Source of the DNA: Minisyncoccota bacterium
Lineage (GTDB): Bacteria > Patescibacteriota > Minisyncoccia > UBA6257
Reading direction: 5' to 3'
Assembly: GCA_028694995.1 (NCBI GenBank)
Contig: JAQVJU010000001.1
Coordinates: 173,318 to 237,317, forward strand
DNA length: 64,000 bases
A program made the position numbers and the translations under genes. Of this stretch, positions 19,083-28,903 are shown piece by piece (position 1 is the first letter of the stretch; each line of letters starts with the position of its first letter). The notes below the pieces were generated by a model that saw only the letters and a program-made list of their open reading frames with translations, ran no database searches and had not been told where the DNA came from.

Positions 19083-20342
19083 ATGAAAATTTTTGCTGAT
19101 TTTCACATTCATTCTAAATATTCCAGGGCAACTTCTCAAAGTATGGATCTGGAGCATATTTTTGAATCGGCTCAAAGAAAAGGAATTAATGTGGTAGGCA
19201 CTGGAGATTTTACTCACCCAGAATGGTTAAAGGAATTAAAGAATAAATTAGAGCCAGCAGAGCAAGGATTTTATAAATTAAAAAACGCAAAAGAAGGAAA
19301 GAATAAAACCAGGTTTGTAATCACTGGAGAGATTTCTAATATTTATACTCGGCATGGTAGAGGACGAAGGGTGCACAATCTTATCATTCTTCCATCTTTA
19401 GAAGCTGCGGAAAAGATAGCTAATCGACTTTCCTGGCAAGGAAATATTAAATCAGATGGTCGGCCAATATTAGGAATGGATTCAGAAGAATTATTGAAAA
19501 TTGTAATGGAAGCAGAATCAGAAGCTTTATTTGTTCCAGCTCATATTTGGACACCATGGTTTGGAGTTTTAGGTTCAATGTCAGGATTTGATAGTTTGGA
19601 AGAAGCTTATGGAGAGAATGTTAAATATTTAGCTGCTTTAGAAACAGGGTTGAGTAGTGATCCTTTAATGAATTGGCGTCTTTCTGCTTTAGATAAATAT
19701 GCGTTGATTTCTAATTCAGATGCTCATTCGCCAAATAATTTAGGCAGAGAGGTAAATGTTTTTAATACAGAATTAAGTTATTCAGCTATTAGTCAGGCTA
19801 TTAAAGAAAAAGACCCTCAGAAGTTTTTGTTTACGATTGAGTTTTTTCCTGAAGAAGGAAAATATCATTATGATGGTCATCGTTCATGTAAGGTAAGAAT
19901 GTCACCTCAGGAAACAAAAAAAGCAGGAGGTATTTGTCCCCAATGCGGTGGAAAATTAACTGTTGGTGTTTTATCACGGGTTGAAGAATTAGCAGATAGG
20001 CCTGAAGGATTTAAGCCCCAAGGGGCCATTCCTTATAAAAGTTTAGTACCTTTGGCTGAGATTATAGCTGAGGTTTTAGGAGTTCAATCTAGAACAAAAA
20101 CAGTAGAAGAACAATATCAAAAGTTAATCAATCAGTTTTCTAATGAGTTTACTGTTTTATTAGATGCTGATTTAGATGAAATGAAAAAGGTTGTTGATTT
20201 GGAAATTGCACAAGGAATAGAAAGAGCAAGAAAAGGAGATTTGATTATTGAGCCTGGCTATGATGGAGAATATGGTAAAATTAGATTATTCAAAGAAGGA
20301 AAGGAAACAGTTAAACCTCAAAACCAGCTTTTTAATTATTAA
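19083..20342 (+). CDS. Endonuclease Q family protein (PHP domain + zinc finger)
   Basis: DFHIHSKYSRATS, GTGDFTHP, PAHIWTP, SNSDAHS, CPQCG, PGYDGEYG. Confidence 0.9.
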   Translation: MKIFADFHIHSKYSRATSQSMDLEHIFESAQRKGINVVGTGDFTHPEWLKELKNKLEPAEQGFYKLKNAKEGKNKTRFVITGEISNIYTRHGRGRRVHNLIILPSLEAAEKIANRLSWQGNIKSDGRPILGMDSEELLKIVMEAESEALFVPAHIWTPWFGVLGSMSGFDSLEEAYGENVKYLAALETGLSSDPLMNWRLSALDKYALISNSDAHSPNNLGREVNVFNTELSYSAISQAIKEKDPQKFLFTIEFFPEEGKYHYDGHRSCKVRMSPQETKKAGGICPQCGGKLTVGVLSRVEELADRPEGFKPQGAIPYKSLVPLAEIIAEVLGVQSRTKTVEEQYQKLINQFSNEFTVLLDADLDEMKKVVDLEIAQGIERARKGDLIIEPGYDGEYGKIRLFKEGKETVKPQNQLFNY

Positions 20343-20347
20343 AAGTT

Positions 20348-20695
20348 ATGGAACAAACATTATTGGGGTATTTTTTTAAAAAAATTGGTTTTTATACCTT
20401 AGATTTTATTCAAACCTACTTTATCAATGGCCATCATTTTGTTTTTGGTCTTTATCAAAGCTTGTTTTCTAAATTAGAGCATCGAACAGGATTAATAGTG
20501 AATTTTCGTTACTTGGCTGTGCCTCTTTGGCAGGAATATTCTTTGGTAGCATATTTAGTTAGTGTTCCTTATCGTATAATGAGAATGTTCTTTGGAGTTA
20601 TTGTTTTGATTTTATTAACTTTAGTTTTTTCAGCAATTTATATCTGTTTAGCTTTTTTGCCTTTTTATTTAATTTTTAAAACAATTTTTTATTAA
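20348..20695 (+). CDS. Small membrane protein upstream of the membrane-anchored Clp ATPase
   Basis: Hydrophobic C-terminal hairpin; 32 bp upstream of the ATPase gene. Confidence 0.7.
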   Translation: MEQTLLGYFFKKIGFYTLDFIQTYFINGHHFVFGLYQSLFSKLEHRTGLIVNFRYLAVPLWQEYSLVAYLVSVPYRIMRMFFGVIVLILLTLVFSAIYICLAFLPFYLIFKTIFY

Positions 20696-20727
20696 TCAGG
20701 TTTTTTAAGAATTTTCATTGTTAAATT

Positions 20728-23271
20728 ATGGAAAAAGAAAACATTAATTTAGAAAAAAACAAAGAAAAAAGTTTGTATTTTGATGATGCTTTTTTCTTTT
20801 GGTCTTTTTGGACAAGGTTTTTATACAGAATAATTTTTAATGTTTTTCTCTACTTGGGATTGATTTTTTCTTCTTTTACTTTGATTCTTCAGATAGATCG
20901 TTGGCATTATATAATGATTATTATTTTTCTGTTTTTTGTTTATATTTTTATCAAACAAAACCAATCGGCTTTATTGATAACCGAAAGAAATATATCAAAA
21001 CAAAAGGTTAATGTTGCTTATTTCTTAACACCAAAGGCAAAAAATGTTTTAATAGAAACTCAAAAGGTTGCTCTTAATCATGATTTGTCATTAGTGATGG
21101 CTTTACTTTGGGTGTTAATAGCGCAAAAAGACACAATAGAGTCTTTGGCTTTTTTGGATATTTCTTTTTCAGAGATAAAAGAGATAAAAAAATACATTGA
21201 AGAACAAAAAATTAAAAAGAGAGAAAAGATTGATAAAGAAGAATATTCTCTGTTTTTAGAAAATATTTGTCAAAGAGCATTAAAAGAAGCAATGAGCTTA
21301 AAGAGAAATTCTATTAATATTGATTCTTTAATGTTATCTCTTTACTCAATTAATGATCCTCAACTAGAAGCTTTTTTCAATTTTTTTCATTTAGAAAAAG
21401 GTGATTTATTTACTGCTTTTGAAATGGAGCGTCTTTCTAAAGAAAAAGGCATTGAGGTATTAAAAGGTTTGGCTGATAAAAAACAATTAAGTTTTCAACC
21501 GAAGAGAATAAAAGTTAATCGGTCGCTTACTTCCAGGCCAACTCCACTTTTGGATTTCTTTAGCACTGATTTTACAGAATTGGCTTTGAAATTGAAGATT
21601 GGCATTATGATAGGTCATGAGCAAGAATATCAGAATATAGTTGATATTTTAAATCGACCAGGGCAAAGAAATGTTCTTTTAGTTGGGCCAGTTGGCGTGG
21701 GTAAAGAAACAATAGTTTCTTACTTAGCTTTAAATTTAGCTCGGGATAAGGTGCCAGTTGGTTTACAAGATTATCGTCTTTTGAATTTGCCTCTTTCTTC
21801 TATGTTTGAAGATATACAAGAGCCCATGGAGGTTTTTAATCGTTTAACAAAAATTACAAAAGAATTAATAGTTAATCAGGATATTATACTTTATTTACCT
21901 CAATTTCATAATTATAAATCTTTAGCTCAAAAAGGAGGCTATAATGCCCTTGATGCTTTTCAATCCCTTTTTAAAGCTGCTTGGGTACCAATTATTGCAG
22001 CCACAACCCCAGAAGATTATAATCGTTATCTAGAATCAGATTCTATTATCAAAGAGAATTTTGAAGTAATAAAAATCAAGGAGATAACTCCTGAAGAAGC
22101 TATCACCCTTTTATCATTTCGTTCTTTAGAGTTGCAACGAAAAACTAAAATTAAAACCAGCTTTAAGGCAATTAAAAGAGCAGTGGCTTTGGCTCAAAGA
22201 TTTTTAACCACTACTCCTTTGCCTGTTTCAGCAGAATCTTTAATCACTGAAGCCTTAGAAGGCGCCCGACGAAATCATAAAAAGATAGTTAAAGAACAAG
22301 ATATTGTGGATCTGGTAAGTTTAAGAACTCAGATTCCTTTAGATATTTCTTCTGATGAAGAAAAGAAAAAATTATTGAATTTAGAACAATTAATACATGA
22401 GCAATTAATCAATCAGGAATTAGCAGTTCAATTGGTAGCTTCTGCCTTACGGCAATATCGGGCTGGTCTAGGCAATATTAACAAACCGATTGCTGTTTTT
22501 CTTTTTGTAGGACCAACTGGAGTAGGGAAAACAGAATTAGCTAAAATATTAGCTAGAACTTACTTTGGAAGCGTGAAAACAATGATTCGTTTTGATATGG
22601 CAGAGTATCAGGATAAAAAAAGCATCTATCGGTTTATTGGTAGCCCTGATGGTAATGTTAGTGGCGCCTTAACTCAAGCAGTGAAAAATGATCCTTTCTC
22701 TTTGATTCTTTTAGATGAATTTGAAAAAGCGCATCAAGATGTTTTAAATATCTTCTTAGCGCTTTTTGATGAAGGAAGATTAACAGATAATTTGGGAGAA
22801 ACAGTTGATTTTACCAATACGATTATTATTGCTACTTCTAATGCACTTTCTGATTTTATTAAAAATGAGATAGAAAAAGGAGTGGGAACAGAAGAATTAT
22901 CAGAAAATCTTAAAAAAAGATTAACCAATTTCTTTAAACCAGAGCTATTAAATAGATTTAATGAAGTTGTGGTTTTTAAACCTTTAATCCAGGAACATTT
23001 AAGAGAAATTGTAAAATTAAAATTAAAAGAACTTACAAGTTCTTTAATGAAAAACAAAAAAATAGAATTGTCTTTTGGGCAAGGAGTTGTTGAAAGATTA
23101 GCTCAATTAGGTTATAACCCAATATTTGGTGCTAGGCCTTTAGATGCAGTAATCAGGCATCATATTAAAGATAATTTAGCTAGAGCTATTTTAAGAGAAA
23201 AAATAGGGCCCAATAGTAAAGTGTCTTTTGTTTTAGACAAAAACGAATTAAAGGCAATAATACAATCCTAG
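20728..23271 (+). CDS. Membrane-anchored ClpA/ClpB-family AAA+ ATPase with a degenerate first ATPase domain
   Basis: Two N-terminal TM helices; D1 GPVGVGKE and LYLPQFH; D2 [26 protein letters not shown]. Confidence 0.85.
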   Translation: MEKENINLEKNKEKSLYFDDAFFFWSFWTRFLYRIIFNVFLYLGLIFSSFTLILQIDRWHYIMIIIFLFFVYIFIKQNQSALLITERNISKQKVNVAYFLTPKAKNVLIETQKVALNHDLSLVMALLWVLIAQKDTIESLAFLDISFSEIKEIKKYIEEQKIKKREKIDKEEYSLFLENICQRALKEAMSLKRNSINIDSLMLSLYSINDPQLEAFFNFFHLEKGDLFTAFEMERLSKEKGIEVLKGLADKKQLSFQPKRIKVNRSLTSRPTPLLDFFSTDFTELALKLKIGIMIGHEQEYQNIVDILNRPGQRNVLLVGPVGVGKETIVSYLALNLARDKVPVGLQDYRLLNLPLSSMFEDIQEPMEVFNRLTKITKELIVNQDIILYLPQFHNYKSLAQKGGYNALDAFQSLFKAAWVPIIAATTPEDYNRYLESDSIIKENFEVIKIKEITPEEAITLLSFRSLELQRKTKIKTSFKAIKRAVALAQRFLTTTPLPVSAESLITEALEGARRNHKKIVKEQDIVDLVSLRTQIPLDISSDEEKKKLLNLEQLIHEQLINQELAVQLVASALRQYRAGLGNINKPIAVFLFVGPTGVGKTELAKILARTYFGSVKTMIRFDMAEYQDKKSIYRFIGSPDGNVSGALTQAVKNDPFSLILLDEFEKAHQDVLNIFLALFDEGRLTDNLGETVDFTNTIIIATSNALSDFIKNEIEKGVGTEELSENLKKRLTNFFKPELLNRFNEVVVFKPLIQEHLREIVKLKLKELTSSLMKNKKIELSFGQGVVERLAQLGYNPIFGARPLDAVIRHHIKDNLARAILREKIGPNSKVSFVLDKNELKAIIQS

Positions 23272-23283
23272 GTTAATAAAAAA

Positions 23284-23628
23284 TCACTGGATATTTTCCA
23301 GGATTTTTTTAAAGAGCGCAGGATGTTTTTCTGCTAATTCAGCTAAAACTTTACGATCAAGGATAATTTTTTTATCCTTTAAATCTTTAATAAATTTATT
23401 GTATTTTAAACCTTCAGCTTTTAAAGCAGCATTGATTTTTATTTGCCAAAGCTTTCTGTTTTCTCTTTTCTTAATTTTTCTATCTTTAAAAGCATTGGTC
23501 CAAGCATGCAATAAGGCTTCTTTAGATAGGCGGTATTTGCTTTTACGGCCATAACGAAAACCTTTAGTGTGTTTTAAAAGGTTTTTTCTTCTTTTTCGGG
23601 CAATAGTGCCTCTTTTAACTCTAACCAT
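23284..23628 (-). CDS. rplT: 50S ribosomal protein L20
   Basis: MVRVKRG...LWQIKINAA...LDRKVLAELA. Confidence 0.97.
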   Translation of the reverse strand: MVRVKRGTIARKRRKNLLKHTKGFRYGRKSKYRLSKEALLHAWTNAFKDRKIKKRENRKLWQIKINAALKAEGLKYNKFIKDLKDKKIILDRKVLAELAEKHPALFKKILENIQ

Positions 23629-23651
23629 AATAAAATTTGCTTCTTTTAATA

Positions 23652-23825
23652 TTAAGAATGTTTAAGAATAGATTTCTTTTGTTTTTTTACCAAAATTGGT
23701 CTTAACCTCCTTCTTTTAATCTTAGTGGCATCTTTGGCTTTAGTATGTCCTAGATGACTAGAGCGTCTGATAATTTTACCTTTTTTGGTTTTTTTTAATC
23801 TTTTACGGAATAATTTTACTCTCAT
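23652..23825 (-). CDS. rpmI: 50S ribosomal protein L35 (not in ORF track)
   Basis: Hand translation MRVKLFRKRLKKTKKGKIIRRSSHLGHTKAKDATKIKRRRLRPILVKKQKKSILKHS (57 aa); lies between infC and rplT; ATGA overlap with the infC stop. Confidence 0.9.
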   Translation of the reverse strand: MRVKLFRKRLKKTKKGKIIRRSSHLGHTKAKDATKIKRRRLRPILVKKQKKSILKHS

Positions 23826-24295
23826 TGTTTTAATACTATCATTAAGCCTCGAGGGACTTTTTTTAATGGTTGAATGACTTTATAAGGAATAGTGATTTTT
23901 TTACAAAAATTATCTATTTTTTCCTTAGCTAGATCAAAATGAGCTTTTTGTCTGCCTCGCAATCTCATTTCAATAGTAACCGCTCTGTTTTCCCCAAGGA
24001 ATTTTTCTATTTTTTTTATTTTTACATTAAGGTCATGTTCGCCTTCATTAAATCCGATGCGAATGGATTTTTGAGTAGTTTGTTTCTCTTGCAGTTTTCT
24101 TTTTTTTAATTCTTTTTCTTGTTGATATTTTAATTTACCATAATCGCCAAGTTTATAAATCGGAGGTGATGCTTTATCCGTAATTAAAATTAAATCAAAT
24201 CCTTTTTCTGTAGCTATCTGAGAAGCTTGTTCAAAGGAATAAACGCCTAATTGTTGTCCTTTTTCGTCTATGAGACGGATTTCTTTTGAGACCAA
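23822..24295 (-). CDS. infC: Translation initiation factor IF-3 (non-AUG start)
   Basis: EIRLIDEKG..LG, DLILI, DYGKLKYQ, RLRGR; probable TTG start with an in-frame stop a few codons upstream. Confidence 0.93.
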   Translation of the reverse strand: MVSKEIRLIDEKGQQLGVYSFEQASQIATEKGFDLILITDKASPPIYKLGDYGKLKYQQEKELKKRKLQEKQTTQKSIRIGFNEGEHDLNVKIKKIEKFLGENRAVTIEMRLRGRQKAHFDLAKEKIDNFCKKITIPYKVIQPLKKVPRGLMIVLKQ

Positions 24296-24318
24296 ATTAA
24301 AAAAAGTTTAGCAGTTAA

Positions 24319-24693
24319 GGTGGAGAAGGTGGGAGTTGAACCCACGTCTAAAAAGAGTTTTTAAATACTTCTACAAGTTTAGTTTATCTTTGATAGTTTT
24401 TAAGAAAAGAGAATAAACAAACTTTTCTTAAAACTTTCCGAACAAAATTCAATTAATTATTAGTCGGAAACGCTGACAATTAATCTATCTCAATGTTTTT
24501 TATCCTTTAAACCTATTGAGAATTTGTTTAAAGAATTTCCCTTTAGGGAATAACTTAGCCTAGGCGATTAGGCATAGGCATAAGCAGGTTTGAGATTGGC
24601 ATTTATAGATGCCTTCTTGGTTTTTACGAGCTAACAAGAATTCCTCGACTTGCGTATTTAAAAATTATCTTTTTATCGAATCCCGTCATCCCC
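24319..24693 (-). ncRNA. ssrA: tmRNA; tag reading frame ANLKPAYAYA* (24600-24568)
   Basis: 5' GGGGATGACGGGATTCGA; 3' GTGGGTTCAACTCCCACCTTCTCCACC; G3-U alanine wobble; ATAAAT-GCC resume context; adjacent to smpB. Confidence 0.95.
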
Positions 24694-24704
24694 TCAAATT
24701 GGCT

Positions 24705-25154
24705 TTAATAATCTCCTCGCTTAGCCCTGTCAATTTTTCTTTGAGTTTCTCTTTTTTTGATTGATTCTCTTTTATCAAATTTCTTTTTTCCTTTGGCTAA
24801 AGCTAATTCTACTTTAATCAAGCCGTGTTTATTATACATTCTTAAGGGTATTAAAGTCAAGTTTTTTTGTTTTAATTGACCGGAAAGAGAAGCAATCTGT
24901 TTTTTATGAAGAAGCAATTTTCTGGTTTTATCAGGTTGATAAGAGGCATTAACATTTTTAGGTTGATAAGGGGGAATAGAGAGATTTAAAAGGAAAATTT
25001 CATTATTTCTGATAATGGCAAAACTGCCAGCTAAATTTGCTTTACCAGATTTAATGGCTTTAATTTCTGTACCAGAAAGGACAATTCCTGCTTCAAATTT
25101 TTCTAGGATTTCATAATCAAAAACAGCTTTCTTATTGAAAATAAAATCTTTCAT
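24705..25154 (-). CDS. smpB: SsrA-binding protein
   Basis: NKKAVFDYEILE.FEAGIVLSGTEIK, RKLLLHK, GKKKFDKRE. Confidence 0.97.
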   Translation of the reverse strand: MKDFIFNKKAVFDYEILEKFEAGIVLSGTEIKAIKSGKANLAGSFAIIRNNEIFLLNLSIPPYQPKNVNASYQPDKTRKLLLHKKQIASLSGQLKQKNLTLIPLRMYNKHGLIKVELALAKGKKKFDKRESIKKRETQRKIDRAKRGDY

Positions 25155-25243
25155 AATTTTATATTATGTTTATTATATCACAATATGTTGTTTTTTTGAG
25201 GTTTTTGCAGTAAACTAAAGGCAAATAAAGGTAAAGAGATTTT

Positions 25244-28132
25244 ATGGAAGATGTTCTCGAGTTTATTAAAAATGAAAAACAAGTTTTAGATTTTTGGCAA
25301 AAAAATAAAATTTTTGAAAAATCAATTGAACAAAGGCCTAAAGATAAGGCATATGTTTTTTATGATGGACCTCCTTTTGCCACAGGTTTGCCTCATTATG
25401 GGCACTTGGTAGCTTCTTTGATAAAAGATACAGTGCCGCGCTATTGGACAATGAGAGGTTTTCGTATACAAAGACGCTGGGGTTGGGATTGTCATGGTTT
25501 GCCTATTGAATGCATGATCGAGCAAGAATTAAATCTTAAGAATAAAAAGGATATAGAAGATATTGGTATTGATAAGTTTAATTTTGCTTGTAGGCAAAGT
25601 GTTTTGAGATATGTTGATGAATGGCAAAAAATTATTCCTCAAATTGGCCGTTGGGTAGATATGGAAAATCCATATAAAACAATGGATTTTGAATACATGG
25701 AAACTGTTTGGTGGGCTTTTAAACAGTTATGGGACAAAGGATTGATTTATCAAGGATATAAAAGCATGCATATTTGTCCTCGTTGCGGCACCACGCTTTC
25801 TAATTTTGAAGTTGGTTTAGGATATAAAGAAGTTAAAGATATTGCAATTACCTTAAAATTCAAATTAATAAATCAAGAAAATACATATATCTTAGCCTGG
25901 ACCACAACCCCTTGGACTTTGCCAGGTAATGTTGCTTTGGCTGTAGGTAAAGATATTGAATATGTAAAAATTAAGATAGGAGATAATTATTATATCTTAG
26001 CAGAAAAAAGATTAGAGATTATCAAAGAAGAATACAAGATTATAGAAAAGATAAAAGGAGAAAAATTAGTTGGATTAAAATATGAACCATTATTTGATTA
26101 TTTTAGCAAACAGAAAGATTTAGAAAATAAAGAAAATGGTTGGAAGATTTATTCAGCAGATTTTGTTTCTATAGAAGAAGGTACCGGAGTGGTTCACATT
26201 GCTCCAGCTTTTGGTGAAGATGATTTAAAATTAGGACAAATAAAGAAATTACCTTTTGTTCAACACGTTGATGCTGATGGTCGATTTATTAAGGAGGTAC
26301 AGGATTGGGCTGGAGAAGAGGTAAAGCCAAAAAGAAATCCTTTAGAAACTGATAAAAAAATTGTTCAAAAATTAGAAGAACAAGGAAAGGTATTTATTCA
26401 AGACACTATAATTCATAAATATCCTTTTTGTTGGCGCTGTGATGCTCCTTTATTAAATTATGCTACTTCTTCTTGGTTTGTTCAGGTAACAGCAATCAGG
26501 GATAAAATTATTAAAAACAATCAGAAAATTAATTGGGTGCCAGAACATATTAAAGAAGGGCGTTTTGGAAAATTATTAGCTGAGGCTCCTGATTGGTCAA
26601 TTTCCCGTTCTCGGTATTGGGGAGCGCCAATTCCTATCTGGCAATGTGAAGAATGTAATGAGTTAAAAGCCATTGGTTCAGTTGCTGAATTAGAAAAATT
26701 AACTAATCAAAAAGTAAAAGACTTGCATCGTCCTTTTATAGATGAATTTACTTTTAAATGTGAAAAATGCAATGGAATAATGAAGAGGATTCCTGAGGTT
26801 TTGGACTGTTGGTTTGAATCAGGTTTAATGCCATATGCTCAGGTTCATTATCCTTTTGAAAACAAAGAATTCTTTGAAGAAAATTTCCCCGCTCAATTTG
26901 TAGCTGAAGGAATAGATCAAACTAGAGGTTGGTTCTATACCTTAATGGTTTTAGCCACAGCTTTATTTGATCAGCCAGCATTTCTTAATATTATTGTTAA
27001 TGGCATTGTCTTAGCTGAGGATGGGCAAAAAATGAGTAAACGTTTGAAAAATTATCCTGAGCCAATAAAGATAATAGAACAATATGGTGCTGATGCGATG
27101 CGGCTCTATTTATTAACCAGTCCAGTAGTCAGGGCAGACGATTTACGTTTTTCTGAGAAAGGAGTTGAAGAAGCTCTTAAGAAAAATTTAATTATCTTAT
27201 GGAATGTTTTTAGCTTTTGCAAACTCTATTCTTTGAAAAGAATGAAAGATATTGATGAAAAACAATATCAATCTCTTCATGTTTTAGATAAATGGATTTT
27301 GTCCAAATTAAATAGTTTGAATAAAGATATAACAGAGGCAATGGAAAAATATGATTTATTGCCAGCTATAAAATCAATAGAGGCATTTATTGAAGATTTG
27401 TCCATTTGGTATTTACGAAGATCACGTCAGAGATTTAAAGAAACCAGAGAAAAAGAGGAAATTCCTTCTGTTTTAGCGCAAGTTCTTTTTACCCTAAGCA
27501 AATTAATAGCTCCTTTTGCTCCATTTATGAGCGAACAACTATATCAAGGCTTAAAAGAGAAAGAAGAGCCAATCTCAGTTCATCTTTGTGATTATCCAAT
27601 ACCCAAGGAAGAATTAATAAATAAACAACTTGAAAAAGAAATGGAAAAAGTACGAGAGATAGTATCATTAGCTTTAGCAGAAAGAATCAAAGAAAAGATA
27701 AGAGTGAGGCAACCTTTAAATGAATTAAAGATTAAAAACAATGAATTAAAAGGCAAAGAAGAATTATTAGAATTAATTAAAGAAGAGATTAATATTAAAA
27801 AAATTACATTTGATGAAGAATTGTCTCAACAAATAGAAATTGACACTAAAATCACTCCAGTACTGAAAGAAGAAGGAATTATTCGGGAATGTTCAAGACA
27901 AATCCAGATTATCCGTAAGAAAAATAATCTATCAGCTAATGATGAGATATTGGTTTGTTTCCAAGGCGAGAGTTCATTAATGCAGTTATTGAAAAAAAAC
28001 GAAGAACAGATGAAAAAAGAATTGAGAATTAAGCAGATAAAATGGGAAAAAACAGAAGAATTTGAGATTGAAGAAAATTTAATTCTTGATAATAAAGAAA
28101 TCATTATTTATCTTAAAAAAGCCAAGGATTAA
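25244..28132 (+). CDS. ileS: Isoleucyl-tRNA synthetase (type 2)
   Basis: DGPPFATGLPHYGH, GWDCHGLP, WTTTPWTLP, KMSKR. Confidence 0.96.
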   Translation: MEDVLEFIKNEKQVLDFWQKNKIFEKSIEQRPKDKAYVFYDGPPFATGLPHYGHLVASLIKDTVPRYWTMRGFRIQRRWGWDCHGLPIECMIEQELNLKNKKDIEDIGIDKFNFACRQSVLRYVDEWQKIIPQIGRWVDMENPYKTMDFEYMETVWWAFKQLWDKGLIYQGYKSMHICPRCGTTLSNFEVGLGYKEVKDIAITLKFKLINQENTYILAWTTTPWTLPGNVALAVGKDIEYVKIKIGDNYYILAEKRLEIIKEEYKIIEKIKGEKLVGLKYEPLFDYFSKQKDLENKENGWKIYSADFVSIEEGTGVVHIAPAFGEDDLKLGQIKKLPFVQHVDADGRFIKEVQDWAGEEVKPKRNPLETDKKIVQKLEEQGKVFIQDTIIHKYPFCWRCDAPLLNYATSSWFVQVTAIRDKIIKNNQKINWVPEHIKEGRFGKLLAEAPDWSISRSRYWGAPIPIWQCEECNELKAIGSVAELEKLTNQKVKDLHRPFIDEFTFKCEKCNGIMKRIPEVLDCWFESGLMPYAQVHYPFENKEFFEENFPAQFVAEGIDQTRGWFYTLMVLATALFDQPAFLNIIVNGIVLAEDGQKMSKRLKNYPEPIKIIEQYGADAMRLYLLTSPVVRADDLRFSEKGVEEALKKNLIILWNVFSFCKLYSLKRMKDIDEKQYQSLHVLDKWILSKLNSLNKDITEAMEKYDLLPAIKSIEAFIEDLSIWYLRRSRQRFKETREKEEIPSVLAQVLFTLSKLIAPFAPFMSEQLYQGLKEKEEPISVHLCDYPIPKEELINKQLEKEMEKVREIVSLALAERIKEKIRVRQPLNELKIKNNELKGKEELLELIKEEINIKKITFDEELSQQIEIDTKITPVLKEEGIIRECSRQIQIIRKKNNLSANDEILVCFQGESSLMQLLKKNEEQMKKELRIKQIKWEKTEEFEIEENLILDNKEIIIYLKKAKD

Positions 28133-28201
28133 TATTTTCTTGTCTTAATGAGTTTTTTGTGATAATCTTTAAAAGCTAAATTTTAAATTAGAGATAATAT
28201 T

Positions 28202-28435
28202 ATGGCAGTGCCATCACGTCATCATAGTCGTTCACGAGTTAACAAGCGCCGTTCACACATGGCTCTTAAATTGTCAAATTTGATAAAATGTTCTCATTGC
28301 GGAGAGAGGATTTTACCTCATCAAGTTTGTCCTTTTTGCGGTTATTATAAAGAAAAAGAAGTAATTGATGTTTTTAAAGGTTTGACTAAAAAAGAAAGAA
28401 AAAAGAAGCAAAAAGAAATTGAAGAAGAAAAATAA
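28202..28435 (+). CDS. rpmF: 50S ribosomal protein L32
   Basis: MAVP...KRRSH...CSHCG..PHQVCPFCGYY. Confidence 0.96.
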   Translation: MAVPSRHHSRSRVNKRRSHMALKLSNLIKCSHCGERILPHQVCPFCGYYKEKEVIDVFKGLTKKERKKKQKEIEEEK

Positions 28436-28447
28436 AAATATTTAATT

Positions 28448-28903
28448 ATGGGTTCGCGTCATCTTTCTCGCTCTATTGTATTACAAACTCTTTATGAATG
28501 GGATTTTTGGAAAAGAGAAAAGAAAGATGTTCAAAAAATCTTTGAAAGAAATCTTGAATCATTAAGCAGTGGTTTAGTGGATAAACTCTATCCTCAAAAA
28601 CTCCTTGAGGGCATTCTAGATAATTGGGATAAATTAAACAAATTGATAGTTTCTGGCGCTCCTGAATGGCCTCTAAATCAGATTAATATTATAGATCGAA
28701 ATATCTTACGGATTGGGATTTTTGAATTATTATTCAGTGATGCAAAAGAAGTGCCGCCTAAGGTTGCGATTAATGAAGCGGTTGAATTGGCTAAGACTTT
28801 TGGTGGTGATTCATCACGCCGATTTGTTAATGGGGTTTTGGGAACTATTTTTAGAGAAATGGAAACAGTTTTAGATAAAAAACAAGCTAAGGAAAATTTA
28901 TAA
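28448..28903 (+). CDS. nusB: Transcription antitermination factor NusB
   Basis: [25 protein letters not shown]. Confidence 0.96.
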   Translation: MGSRHLSRSIVLQTLYEWDFWKREKKDVQKIFERNLESLSSGLVDKLYPQKLLEGILDNWDKLNKLIVSGAPEWPLNQINIIDRNILRIGIFELLFSDAKEVPPKVAINEAVELAKTFGGDSSRRFVNGVLGTIFREMETVLDKKQAKENL

